Notes under the pieces: model-generated
Seen by the model: only the letters and a program-made list of their open reading frames with translations
Databases searched by the model: none
What the model was told of the DNA's origin: nothing
Assembly: GCF_041146345.1 (NCBI RefSeq)
Contig: NW_027191402.1
Span: 496,001 to 560,000 of the forward strand
Length of the DNA: 64,000 bases
Direction: 5' to 3'
From: Neodothiora populina
Taxonomy: Eukaryota
Shown: one piece after another, positions 48,254-60,418 of the stretch
Layout of the letters: every line of letters starts with the position of its first letter
How positions within the stretch are numbered: the first letter of the stretch is position 1
Translations under genes and position numbers: made by a program

Positions 48254-50578
48254 TCAAATAATCAGCTGCTCCATAACCAACCCGAGTCTCTTGGGCTGAT
48301 TCTCCCAATACGACTCCATGCCATCCGTATTCCTCTTCCTCGAAGCCCTCAACAAGCCATTCTGCGCCGCCGAGCTTCTTCTTCTATTCTGCTCAGCGAC
48401 GACGAACCCGTCCTCGTTCCTCTCAAACAACAATAGCCCGCCCACCGTCCTGTCTCCGACGCCGACGATCAATTCTCGACCGTTATCCACGGACGCAACG
48501 CCAGACACCGAGCCGAAGAAATTAATCGTTTGCTTCGTGGCCCAATCGCGCGTGTCGTAGACACTTACCACGTCGTAAGCCTCAGCGACGACAAGAGCCG
48601 GTGAGGAAGATGACGGCGACGGCGACTCCCTGGTGAAAAGCAACGACCTAGCGCAGCCGACATCGCAGTGCAGCGTGGCGAGCGGCGTCTTCCAATTCCT
48701 CGCGTCGCAGATGACGACTTTCCCATCCTGCGCGCCCGTCGCGACGTGCCATCCGTCGTCGGCCCAGGCGCACGCGAAGGCGTCGTCGGAGTGGTTCTGC
48801 AGGCTGATGAGCACGTCGCCGCGCTCGGCGTCTGTGATGAGCGTTTCGCGCGTGTCGCCTACGACGACTCGGAGGCGGCCATCGGGGGATGTGGCGGCGC
48901 AGTTTAATTGGTCGGGATAGGAGAATGAGGAGAGCCAGGTGTCGGTGCGCAGATCGAGGAGGCGCAGATGGCGGTCGTTGGAGCAGAAGGCGGCGGCTAG
49001 TGTGCCGCTTCGTCGGTTGCGCACTGCGTGGATGTGCGTTGTTATGCCGTCTGCAGCTTTGGTTACGTGGCCTTCTGTTGGGAGTTGACCGTAGCTGGAG
49101 TTGAGGTCTAGGTAGGAGTATTCGCCTTCGAAGCTTCCGGTTACGAGTACAGAGTCCGAGGTGTAGCCTGGAAATTCAGGGGCTGGGGACGCTGCGATGG
49201 TGGTGATGTGGCAGTCGACTGGCGAGCGATGACACCGGCGAGAAGAGCTGCTGAGGTCGATTATTGTGTCTGCGACTGTAGGACATGAAAGTGAGGCACG
49301 CTTGACTTTGCTGCAGGAAGCGTAAAAGACGTCGTTTCGGCTCGTTGCTGCAAGGGTGTGTCGTAGTTGGTAGTGAGTGAAGCGTACTTTATGGTCATGA
49401 AAGGCTCGTTTGAACGAATAAAAGTTCTCATGATCTGGTTTTGCAGATTCTGAAGGCTGCAATGGTCCTCCATATGAGACCTCGGGCGGGTAGAACATTG
49501 ATCTCACTCTGCTTGCTGACTTTCGGTCTGTTCCCAGACTTTCCCAGCCCAGGCCTTGAATGTCACGGAAGTCATGTGTCTCGTAGGCCGAGTCTTCACT
49601 CCGTGGTCGCCAGTTATTGATGCAGTCCGGACGGAGGTCAATCATACCGGCACCAGGGCCGTCCATGTGCATTTCCCATCTCTCCAGAAAGCTCATAACA
49701 TCCGGTACCTCATCCACTTGGCTTTCAATGAAATTGTCCGTGTGCTGATATCGCGCAGTGTCGTCGGCGATCCGCCGAGCGCTACTTGGACGAGGTTGTG
49801 GCAGCGAGCCGTCCCAGCGTGCAAAGTGCGCATCAGTAGCTGTATCAGGATGCGTTGATGGGTCATGCAGTACAGACGGCGGGAGATCAATTCTAGATGA
49901 CGTGGGCCTACTCATCTGATCCAGATATGATCCAGAGAGTGTAGAACCAAGAGATGGTGTCAAGTGACGTGCAGCCTCATCAAGTGTCTCCTCGGTAGCT
50001 ATGGCGTGGCTATCGACCGACACCGCGGGCGAAAGATATTGTGGAAATGTCTCATCAGTGCGACGGAGGTCATCGTCTGTGAAGAACGAATCTGGTATCC
50101 CTTGGGAATTACTCCTCCTATCGGCCTCATTTCCCTCGTTTGAACCAAAGGAATTAGCTGCTTCGGTTGTACTCATCACGCTGTTGAGAGGTTGCTCTTG
50201 ATCCTCATCTGCCATCCTCGCATTCGGCAAATTCAAAAGATATGCACTCTCGCGCAATTGGGACTTCATCGAGTTTCCTGTACTTTCAAGAAGAGGGACG
50301 CCGCCGCATATACTATCGTTGTCGTAGTCGTCTTCGTCGCCATTGCGATCCTCATGAAGGTCATTGTTCAAGAAATTGTTGGTCAACTCAGGTACGGGGA
50401 CATCTTCGCACTCATGCAGACCATCGTCATGAGTGGACAGTGGGAAAGTAAAGGGATGTCGTGCGTGCTGTAAATCAGAGGTCGATAAAGTATCCGAAGG
50501 ATGGTTCTCAAATGTATCGTACAGCGTTGGTGTCACCGCCGCGGCCCGAAAGATCCAGACGTCATGTGGAGCAGCCAT
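48254..50578 (-). CDS. WD40-repeat protein (DUF2415-type) with long disordered N-terminus
   Basis: HYQLRHTL, FCSNDRHLRLLD, NCAATSPDGRLRVVVGD, HSDDAFACAWADDGWHVATGAQDG; first ATG at 50578. Confidence 0.82.
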   Translation of the reverse strand: MAAPHDVWIFRAAAVTPTLYDTFENHPSDTLSTSDLQHARHPFTFPLSTHDDGLHECEDVPVPELTNNFLNNDLHEDRNGDEDDYDNDSICGGVPLLESTGNSMKSQLRESAYLLNLPNARMADEDQEQPLNSVMSTTEAANSFGSNEGNEADRRSNSQGIPDSFFTDDDLRRTDETFPQYLSPAVSVDSHAIATEETLDEAARHLTPSLGSTLSGSYLDQMSRPTSSRIDLPPSVLHDPSTHPDTATDAHFARWDGSLPQPRPSSARRIADDTARYQHTDNFIESQVDEVPDVMSFLERWEMHMDGPGAGMIDLRPDCINNWRPRSEDSAYETHDFRDIQGLGWESLGTDRKSASRVRSMFYPPEVSYGGPLQPSESAKPDHENFYSFKRAFHDHKVRFTHYQLRHTLAATSRNDVFYASCSKVKRASLSCPTVADTIIDLSSSSRRCHRSPVDCHITTIAASPAPEFPGYTSDSVLVTGSFEGEYSYLDLNSSYGQLPTEGHVTKAADGITTHIHAVRNRRSGTLAAAFCSNDRHLRLLDLRTDTWLSSFSYPDQLNCAATSPDGRLRVVVGDTRETLITDAERGDVLISLQNHSDDAFACAWADDGWHVATGAQDGKVVICDARNWKTPLATLHCDVGCARSLLFTRESPSPSSSSPALVVAEAYDVVSVYDTRDWATKQTINFFGSVSGVASVDNGRELIVGVGDRTVGGLLLFERNEDGFVVAEQNRRRSSAAQNGLLRASRKRNTDGMESYWENQPKRLGLVMEQLII

Positions 50579-51919
50579 AAGGACCGGTTTCCCTTCATTC
50601 CCTATCTCCCCAAATGAACGAGGATCAAGGAAACACAGAAGTCTAGAAAGCAAAAGCAGCAGCGTGAGACTGGCGTGGCGGTCACGTTCTGAGGCGCACT
50701 CGGGCGGATGTTAATTGCTATCCGATAAGCCACCACGTCGTTACCCTTCTTTTTTGACCACACTGTCCCTTTTCAGGCCCCTCTCACAAGACTAGAAGCG
50801 GGCTGACGTTTGAAGGTAGAACGAAGGTCTGCACGCGAGGCGGGAGCGGGGGTGGATCCTATCGTGGCTATATACTACATGGGTGGCGCTAACAGATTGT
50901 GATGAATCTCGTCGTACATACTCACTAAGCGCGAGGGGTGATGTAGTGGGGGAGAATGCGGGACCGCCAGGGGAAAAGGGATCAAGAGAGAAAGCACAGA
51001 TGCAAACAGGACATGAAAGTACCCGAACTCGATCGAGGCATGATGCTCTGCGCCGATTGAAAAAACACCTTAAGCGAGTGCTTGTGGTATGTGCCACCTG
51101 GAGAAAAAGTCGAGGGGCGAGATAGCTGTGTACCACCGAAGAACGTGGTATGGGACCGTTGCAGCAAGCGTGGCCGGAAGTGGCCTCCTACAGGTGTCAC
51201 ACGCGGTCCAAGCATGCGGGGGAGGGACTCCGGGACCCAGTCATTTTTGCTGTAGACACTCGCGAATATATTGCTCTATCTTGCATTGCCTCGTCTACAG
51301 GTATGACTTGCCCGATGCAAACATCAACCCCTGCTGGACATCCCTGTCATCAGCATATCGCAGAGCCCATTGCGGAAGCTTGAGAGTATGCAGCCGTGTG
51401 AGAGACAGAGACATTTGCCGCTGTCAAACAGATTGCAGATCCCGCCAGTTCGCTTGGGAAAGTCGAATCTGCCAATGAGTTGCATAGTTGCCGCATACAT
51501 AGGTATCACCTGATTCGCTTACATCCATGCCTGCAGTGCAGCGCCGATGATCAGCAAAGCTCCTCAGGCCCCGAAGACGAAGTGTTGCGCGCCCCGAACA
51601 CACACGATTGGGGCACACCGAGCTGCTGTGTCACGGACAAATTTCCTGTCGTCCATGTTGTGTCGATCGGGAAGATAAAATGTGCCATGCATGTTCGTAT
51701 ATATTATGAGATGCATCTCCTTCGTTTGTATGCGACCGACACCGCATGTAGATGTACAAGCTGTGAAATTTCATCGATATGAGATCAATATACACCTGAT
51801 CGATTCCCAAGTCGCGATACGACGGGCACCCACCCGTGCAGATGCATCAACCGCTTTATGAAAACCCTATATTATAACGCCGTGATGCTTCTCTTTGCCT
51901 CGTACAAACATGCCATTTC

Positions 51920-54900
51920 TCAGTAATCGTAGTGGGACTCGTACCCAAGGTTCGAGGGGCGCCGAGTGTGCTGAGCGGAGCCGCCCTGAGCCCAGCCTTG
52001 GCTGCCCTCCTTCATTCTCCTCTCGTGTTCAAAGTCCGCCCATCTCTTCATAGTAATCTTACTGCTGTCGAATTCACCTTCCGGATCACCATGGCCGCCG
52101 CCCTTGCCAGTCTCGCCCGCGGTCTTTCGCGTGTCACCCCACGAGAAGTCGTCAAACTTCCAGAAGGAGTATGTCGGAAGGACAAAATTCCATATTGGCA
52201 GTGATAGTAGGTAGATGAACATCCATCCCACATACGAAAGACGGCTGGCAGTCAAAACGATGAGACAGCCAGGCAGACCTAGAATCAGAGCGAGAAGGAC
52301 CAAGGAGACGACAGGCGCGGCGGTGTGTTCGACTGCGGCCTTGATAGAAATGGCAACTATGGGATTGGTCAATGTTTATATTCGCTGTAGAAATCATAAG
52401 GCAATGTGGCTTACCCAGATAAAATGTGAAAGCGATAGCCGCAGGAAGCGCCAGTGTGCCCACCAGATCGATGAAGACAACGAACTGCATACTGAAGCAG
52501 AAGGTACCACACAAATCTCTGACCAAGACAAGCTCCATGAGATTGTGCACGGTACTGTTGATCCATCTTCGTCTTTGCGACAGCAGAACCTTGAATTCAT
52601 CCGGAACAGTGGTTTTGCACACAGCTTGAGGCACGAAGATTTGTTTTCTCTTGGGAAACGTTCGCAGCATGAGAGTTGACAGGTATCGATCTTCTCCCAA
52701 GAGCAACAAATTCTTCTTGTGTAATGTATCAACAACATTCTCAGAGTAGTGCTCAACAATGTCCGGATTTGCCAGAATTGGGACCCAGTAGTTTTGGCCA
52801 CCCTTGGGCGACTTGATGCGGTACATACTGAAACAACCAGGAAGACAGGTGACACCACCAAAGACGGATTCGAAAGACTTGGCTTGGTGATGAGAAATGA
52901 AGTATCTGCAATATATTAGTAAGGCAAACAAGGTGTAGTAAGGACCAAGACCTACTCGAAGACCTGGATCATGGTAACCCAGCTCTGTCTCTTATTCGCG
53001 ATTTTAGTCTCGCCACAAAGACCCATGACCTCGGGGTCTTTGACCATGGCGCTGATCATATGTGTTACACTATCCGGAAAGACCTTGGTGTCGGCATCGA
53101 CCATCAAGCAGACTTCGTAAAAGTCTGCAGATATGCCAGTGACCTTCCAGATACCGTTGAACATCTCATACTCGAGCTCCGTCATACGTTCATCGAACAT
53201 GACCTTCTGAAGGAACGACATGAGAATGATCTGACTGTCTCTCTTGCCGCGGTTTCCGGGCTTGGAGACTGTAGCCTCATCAGGGGTACCGCACTTGACG
53301 ATGATCATCATGGGCACCCGCTGCTGCTTCTCGGCCGGGATTATCGAGTCATCACCATAGTCGTAGAAACCAGAGTAAATCTTTGCCATGTTGTGGCGCT
53401 TTGAACCACTTGCGACGGCGACATAAGAATGAGGTTGCACTTCGTCTGGCTGGATGGCGTGGTCTTTCATCATGCTCAAGCAAACTTCGGGGGTCGACAT
53501 GGTTTCACCCTTACCCTTGATCAAACCATCACAAATGACGAGAAGCAGCTTGTGGCTGTTGGGATACTCGGTCGTGGCAACAGAGTCCAAGGTGGTACGG
53601 ATACCCTCGGGACCTTCGGAATAACAAGTGACAAGGCAGATGGCGTGGGCGAGGGGGAAACCAAAAGGCTGCCATTCAGGGGGTGGCTGGGGGACAACAG
53701 ACTCGTGAATGAAGCCTTGCGGACCAGAAGAGTCGGTGTCAAGAGCGCTCGAGTATCTCTGTTCACTGTTGTTGGAAACCATGAGGCTGTTAGGTCTGTC
53801 ACCTTGTTTGTTCTGTGAGTCAAGGTAGGACGGCAGAGTTCCCTCGCTTCGATTGGAGCTGTGGTAAGCCTGAGAACCAGGGATCAGACGGGCTGTCGAA
53901 CTTTGACTGGCCATTGTTGTGGGAGCAGGCCTAGACTTCGCCATTGATCTCTCGATGGCATAAGGGCTTGTGAATCTCGAGGTGGCGGGCAAGAAACTGC
54001 TTCGCTTTCCAGGACGATCACTGAAACCACTGACCGGGTCGACAATCTTTGGTGGGGGGCGGTAGATATCGTCGGTCCAGTCTTCGATCTGCTGCGCCCG
54101 CTTCTTCTCGTCGCCGCCGTACGCAGAGCGATCTGCAGCGTACTTGCGCGAGAGGAACCATTGGAACAAGAGAGCCATGAAGAATCGAGCAACGACAATT
54201 GCCAGGATAAATACCAGCGAGGTGTAGAGGACGACCTTGGATGCGATACACCCGACGGTTTCGGTATCGATGGATCCGACCTTGATGATGTCTTGGAAGC
54301 ATTGTGCGATGCGCTTGTCCTCACCGGAGTTGAAGGCTATACTCATGTCGATGCCCTTGACGGAGGTGTTGTTCCGGATGTCGTCGAACTTTCTGGGATA
54401 GGCAACTTGAGAAGTGTTGAACCAGGCCAGAAGGTCAAGGTCGAGGACGTCTCCACTGTAAACCATCAGGTTGCGGGACGAATTCTTGATGTCGTTCCAG
54501 GTGAAGTATACATCTCCGGAACTCTTCAAGCCATAGAAGTCAGTGCGCGACTGCTTGGATGTGTGGCACGCATAACCCAAGTAGTCAGGGGTGGTGAGGT
54601 TAGGGGAGGTCGATCCATCCTGATTGAAGGTGTTGCAAGGAAAGTACCAGGCTAGATTGCCATCATTGTCGGTGACAACATCAGAGCCATTGGCAGCAGT
54701 GATGAGACCTTTGCAAGCACCGTTGACGTTCTGGAAAAGAAAGCTGCCGTCTTTGCCTCCTTGAGGTGTGTCGAGATCCCACAAGACATTCGCACCATCA
54801 CGGATGCCACGAGCAGCGGGGTGAGAGGAATAAACAAGGTTGTAGGCTTTTCCGTGAAAGATCATGTAGCCCGAATCGACATGGTTGCTGCGCAGCCTCA

Positions 54901-55672
54901 CAGTGCCGTTGGTTGAACAGACGGTGACAGTGAAACCGAAGGTCAAGTAACCGATGAAGGTCATGACGGCAAGGATGATGCCAATGAGACCCATCTTCTC
55001 TCTCCAAGCTTGCTGCTGTGGCTTCTCTCGGATGCCGAAGCAAGCCAGGATGGGTCCGGGACACCAGAAGGTGAGAAGGGCGCAGTAAGTTCGCCACAGA
55101 CTGGGTGCTCCAGCAACCTCTTTCTCCTTCTTGCGTCTTTTCTTCTCTTCAGCCAAGGCGGCAGTATCCTTGCGCTGTAACTTGCGGCTGGGCCCTCTTG
55201 ATAAAGTAGTGGCAGGACGCTTTGTCTCCATCTCTTCTGAACTCAGCGTGTCTTCATCAACAAGCTGCTCAGCTTCGTCTTCGTCCTCCAGCATGGGGTC
55301 CGCGCCGGTGGTCGACGGCATGACTTGCATGTCTCGGGCATGCTTCCTGTAATAGTATTGTGGATCGTCGGGGTCGTTTCGTCGCCGGTCCGGGCGAATC
55401 AGACTCCTCTTGCGCGCAAGATGATCGTTGTCGGGGGGATTGAGAGGCGCATAGTTGTTGCCTGAGGGAGCAACGGCGGGGAGATAGTCTTCCGAAGGAG
55501 CAGCGCGAGTATGACTAGCAGTGGGAAAAGGATGCGATCTTGATGCGCTGGATCTTCGTCGATGGTGATAAGTGGGAGACTCGAGGTCCGAGGGGTGGCG
55601 TCTGTGGGAGGATGAATCCCTGTACCTCCGCGAGCTCGAGTCTCGGCGCCTGGGAGAGGCAGGATTCGACAT
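51920..55672 (-). CDS. CHS3: Class IV chitin synthase (Chs3/ChsD-type)
   Basis: [54 protein letters not shown]; no myosin motor domain. Introns 52906..52955 and 52357..52414. Confidence 0.96.
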
Positions 55673-56079
55673 GGTTCAGTCGAGGGTGTTTACGATGCTG
55701 CTGTACAGTGCTGTGTCATGAATGTGTCTTTTCCTGGTCCTGTTGCAGACACTCGCACAGTGATGCGGTAACGACCGGAGGGGTGGTGGGTGATGATGAC
55801 AAACGCAGACACCCGGAGTAGACGGCAGCAACAATAACAATAACAATGAAAACAATTCAGTGAAATCGATAGAAGTGTGGACAGCAAGGGTCACAGGATT
55901 AAAGCTGGTGTATTGGTAGAAAGCGAAGGCAAACAACAGACACTCGGAACAAGGTGTGCAAAATACCGCAGGCGGATGGGTAATGTACAATAAATGCCGG
56001 GAGAAGGAAGGTGCAGACAAAGTGTTGCCGTACAGAAGTGTCTAGTGTCTGTGTGTGTCGCTGTGCTGAGGTCGTCTGT

Positions 56080-56095
56080 GGGGGGGGGGGGGGGG
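56080..56095 (+). repeat. Poly(G)16 tract
   Basis: Direct read, about 410 bp upstream of the chitin synthase ATG. Confidence 0.9.
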
Positions 56096-56859
56096 CGAAA
56101 GCAAAGTACGGGTAGACTAAAGGACTAAACTAAAGGAAAAGGCACTGGACTACCTTACGCAAGCTCTGGACAGACGCATGCAAAAGTATATTTATCGACT
56201 GTGGACTGCCTGCGCCTCGCCGCTCATCATTTGTGCATTCGTGCATCCGAACTCACTCTTCCGATCATTCGTCGTCGCTTCGAATATGTGGAAAGCAAGG
56301 GAAAGGGGTCCAGCATTCTCAGGGCGTGGAAAAGATTTCGGCGACAATTCTCAAGTAGAATTGCAGTACCTCTGTAGAGGTACTTTGTAGTGTATCTTGT
56401 GCTGGTTAAACAACACTAAATCACTTGCATATACAGTATAATCTCCTCTTCGTTCGTTCTATATAGGTCGAGTCCAAGTCTCTCACATTGATAATCCACT
56501 TATCGATTATGAAAATCTCCGTCATCGTTAGATACATCGAAGCGCAGAGCTCTTGCAGATCAAGTGTCTTGAATCGAGTCGAAAGATCATGGTGACCATC
56601 TGCGCATCCTAGTACGGTACGGCACAAGAACACCCCCGCAGGACGCGTGATCCGTTGAAGATCAGGAGGCTTCTTGGCCTTTGCTTGGTCGCAGGATTTG
56701 ACGCCCTCATACACAGCGCAGTTGTCAGAGTTCTATGATTCAGTTTACCAGGTCGTGGATGCCCAATTGTGGACGCAAAATCTGAGACTATAAGCCTTCG
56801 ACAATGCGGTGTAAAAAAAAGGTGGTGACGACAAATACGGGACATGGGCGACGAAAAGT

Positions 56860-56869
56860 CTAAAAATAA
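56860..56869. promoter_or_regulatory. Candidate Rlm1/MEF2 MADS-box site CTAAAAATAA
   Basis: Matches YTA(W)4TAR and lies mid-way between the divergent chitin synthase and activator genes. Confidence 0.35.
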
Positions 56870-57854
56870 TCCGTGGTTCACTCAGTCTAGTCCATCGATC
56901 CGTTTATAGATTGACGCCAAGTGGATATGCAGGTACTTTTGCTCTAAACCGTCAGCGTGGAAACAGCCATTTGCTGCCATGGGGCGCTCGGCATATCCCT
57001 CTTCTAGGAGACCTACACGCGGTACGCTTTTACACTTTCTCGCTTCTTTCTTTGTTCATGCTTCCGCTTTACGAACCGCAGCGCCCCCGCCGTGTGCTGT
57101 ACTGTTTTGTTCGTCTTCCTCTCTGACATGGGCGGTCTTGTCTCATAGTCCCTGCATGAGCTAAGGTGGACACGGACATGACATGGAGGTGTCATGCAAA
57201 GTAAATCATGCCGTGCTCCTATTCATCATCCCTTTTATTTTTTTTGAACATTGCCGAGCTAAACGACTTTTGCAACGTTCGTAACCAATGGAGCCAAACC
57301 TCCCACGTGCGTTTATGTAACATCTTTCGAATACATTCTGCACATTGTGTTGTCATGCCCCTCTTCTCGCTCGCCCGCCCTCGTTATCTTTACCTGTGAA
57401 TGATCGAGTCTTATACAACTTCTGTCCCTGTATTCGGCACATCTCTTCTCACTTCCACCTAGCTCCTGTGTGCTCGGTCGCTTCCCGGATACACGGAACG
57501 CTTCCGCTTTATAATCAGAATAGAAGGGGAGGTTACACCGTCCAAGTGGTGTTAGACAGCACTGTAGTCCATTTTCTGCACTGGATTACCCCTTAGATCG
57601 AGTCTCTAAACGAGTCACAGCGTCATCTGCGGCGGATCCAGGATTTCCCTACGCTAATCGAGCACGAGACGATCCCGTCTTCTGTCTACTATCACATATA
57701 GTGCCATAGTGCCACCCTTGGTGTCGGCACTACGCACAAGGCATCTCGCCAGGAGCACGTCACGCTCGAGAGGACTTGCGTGCTGCCAGAGGTCCTTGTC
57801 CATTTCGTAATAATCTATCGTCTATACAGTTCACACTAGGCAGCAGGCGATCCG

Positions 57855-59946
57855 ATGGCGAATCATCTCCATACACCCACCGCATCGCCCAAGCGCTCAC
57901 CTCACCCTCATCCGCTAGACGAATACAATGACTACAGCACGGAGCACATGTTCACCCCGAGGGGCAGTTCTTTACAAATGCACATGCAGATGCAAATGCA
58001 CAATAAGCCGAGTATCCGCATGCAAGAGGCCCCATCTTCTCCCGTCAGTATAAGTCCTCCTCGACAGAACATATGCGAGCCTTCGACTGCCCAATTATCC
58101 ACACACTCTCCGCCGCGGTTGAGGGCGCTGTCTCGGGCTTCTCAAGCGTCAAGTGCCTCTCGTGCCTCCCAGGGCTCGCGTGCAACCCACAATTCCATCC
58201 GCCCTGTCTACACTCCGGATTCGACGACACAACTGGACAAGTCCGTCAGAACCCTGTCCTTGCATGACTCTGGAGCGATGACATCCGAGGCACCGGATGC
58301 CCAGGCGGAATCTCCTGTGCAACTGCACTACCACCACAACGGGCCTTTCGATGATTCGCCTCAGAAGAAAGACCATCGCGCCTCGCGCATGACGGCTCAT
58401 AGCCGTGGCTCTTCCAACAGCGTCGGAGGCGAGCAGCCTGCGCTCCTGACTCTACCCCCACATGCTCTCACGCGCCCATCGTCACAATACACCATGTCCT
58501 CCGAGATGAGAGCCAACGCACATTCGCCACTGTCTGCGGACGACAGGTTATCTGTCAATGGCTCGCCGAGGCCTTATGCAAGGACAGCTTCCGCCAGCAG
58601 GCGTTCTCCTGACTACAGGCCCATGTCCTACATTGATCTGCTCAATGAGGTCCCTTACTCGCAACAGATCGCCCCTGCGCCGAACATGAACAACTCCTCG
58701 CTACAGATGGCGGTTGGAAACAATGCTTCCCTTCTCGACGCCAACAAGACATTGGAGATGTACCGCGCGAATGTCAAGAAGACAAACGACCCTGCTATTC
58801 AGTACGAGTTTGCCATTTTCATGGTCAACGCTGCAAGAGAGGCCATGGCCCAGGAAGGATATTCCGCTGCACACCAGAACTCAAAAGCAGATCCCGCTGC
58901 CGAGATGATCAAGGAAGCGCGAACCATCCTGCAGCGCCTTGCCGATCGCGCCTATCCCTTTGCGCAATACTATCTCGCCGATGGCTACTTTTCCGGCCTG
59001 TTCAACAAAGGCAAGTCGGATTATGGCGCCGCGTTCCCTCTTTTCGTCGCTGCGAGCAAGCACGGCCATGCCGAAGCAGGTTATCGTGCGGCGTTATGCT
59101 ACGAGTTTGGCTGGGGCTGTAGCCAGAGCTTCCCAAAAGCCGTGCAATTCTTCCGTAATGCAGCCTCGAAAGGTCACCCAGGTGCTGCGGTGAGACTCGG
59201 CAAGGCGTGTCTAACGGGCGACATGGGATTGGTGAACAAGCAAAGAGAGGGAATCAAATGGCTGAAGCGAGCGTCCGAGTCAGCCGACACTCAATACAAC
59301 AGCGGCCCTTACGAGCTGGGCATACTGCACATCACAGGATTCGGCGACGACATCTTCAAGGATGAAGCCTACGCCGCACAATTACTCACGCAAGCTGCAG
59401 AATTGGGACATCCAGAGGCAAACTTTAGAATGGGCGAAGCCTACGAGAACGGCACCCTTGGTTGTCCCCGCGATGCTGCACTAAGTGTACATTTCTACAA
59501 CGGCGCTGCTACGCGAGGTATGCCTGAAGCCATGATGGCGCTGTGCGCGTGGTACATGGTGGGCGCGGAGCCTGTCTTGGAGAAAGACGAAGTCGAGGCT
59601 TTCGAGTGGGCCAAGAAAGCAGCGGAAAGTGGTGTGTCTCGGTTTTCCCCATACCGGCAGAATGGTATATACTGACGCAAAAACAACAGGTCTTCCCAAA
59701 GCAGAATACGCAGTCGGCTACTTTACAGAAATGGGCATCGGCTGCCGCAGAGACCCCCTCGAGGCCAACATGTGGTATGTACGGGCCGCAGACAAGGGCA
59801 ACGTCACCGCCAGACAACGACTCGACATCATCAGAAACGCCGCGTCGGGAAACTCGGGCGCAGCAGCAGCAGTTCCTATGGCCAAAGGCGCTGCCAAAGC
59901 CAAAGAGCTCGGAGGCGGCAAAGAAAAGGAATGTGTCGTCATGTAA
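57855..59946 (+). CDS. SKT5: Chitin synthase activator Skt5/Chs4 (Sel1-like repeats, C-terminal CaaX)
   Basis: KTLEMYRANVKK, YPFAQYYLAD, HGHAEAGYRAALCYEFG, AMMALCAWYMVG, G|LPKAEYAVGYF across intron 59632..59689; ends KEKECVVM*. Confidence 0.93.
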
Positions 59947-60262
59947 AATGGAAGCGCAAGCATATTATCAGAGACGATGCTTTACTTTCGGATATCGAAA
60001 TACCACCAAAGGTCACATACAACGGGGCCGAGACAGGGGTTGGGAAAGAGGCAGAGAAAGCCGAACCGCTTCGACACGACCTCTTTGCATTTCATTTCTT
60101 TTACTTCATGCACATCAGCGGATAACATCTCAGGAGGCCCACTAGCATAACTCCGGGCTTCCTGAGCATAGGGACTGGCGGAACCGGAGGGCAGGAAAGG
60201 AGAAGGAAAAGGGAGCATCAAGCATTCTCGCTTTCACAAACATTCAAGCAGAGACGAAGATG

Positions 60263-60418
60263 CAACAACAACAACAACTACTACTACTACTACTACTACT
60301 ACTACATGTATCACCTCTGCTGGCAGGACAAGGAACAAGGAACGGGAATGGGAACGGGAACGGGAACGAACACGAACGGATATAGATGAGAGCAAAGCAT
60401 AGCATAGCATAGCATAGC
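60263..60418 (+). repeat. Compound microsatellite: (CAA)5(CTA)9, GGAAC(A/G)-type hexamers, (AGCAT)4
   Basis: Direct read, downstream of SKT5. Confidence 0.85.
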
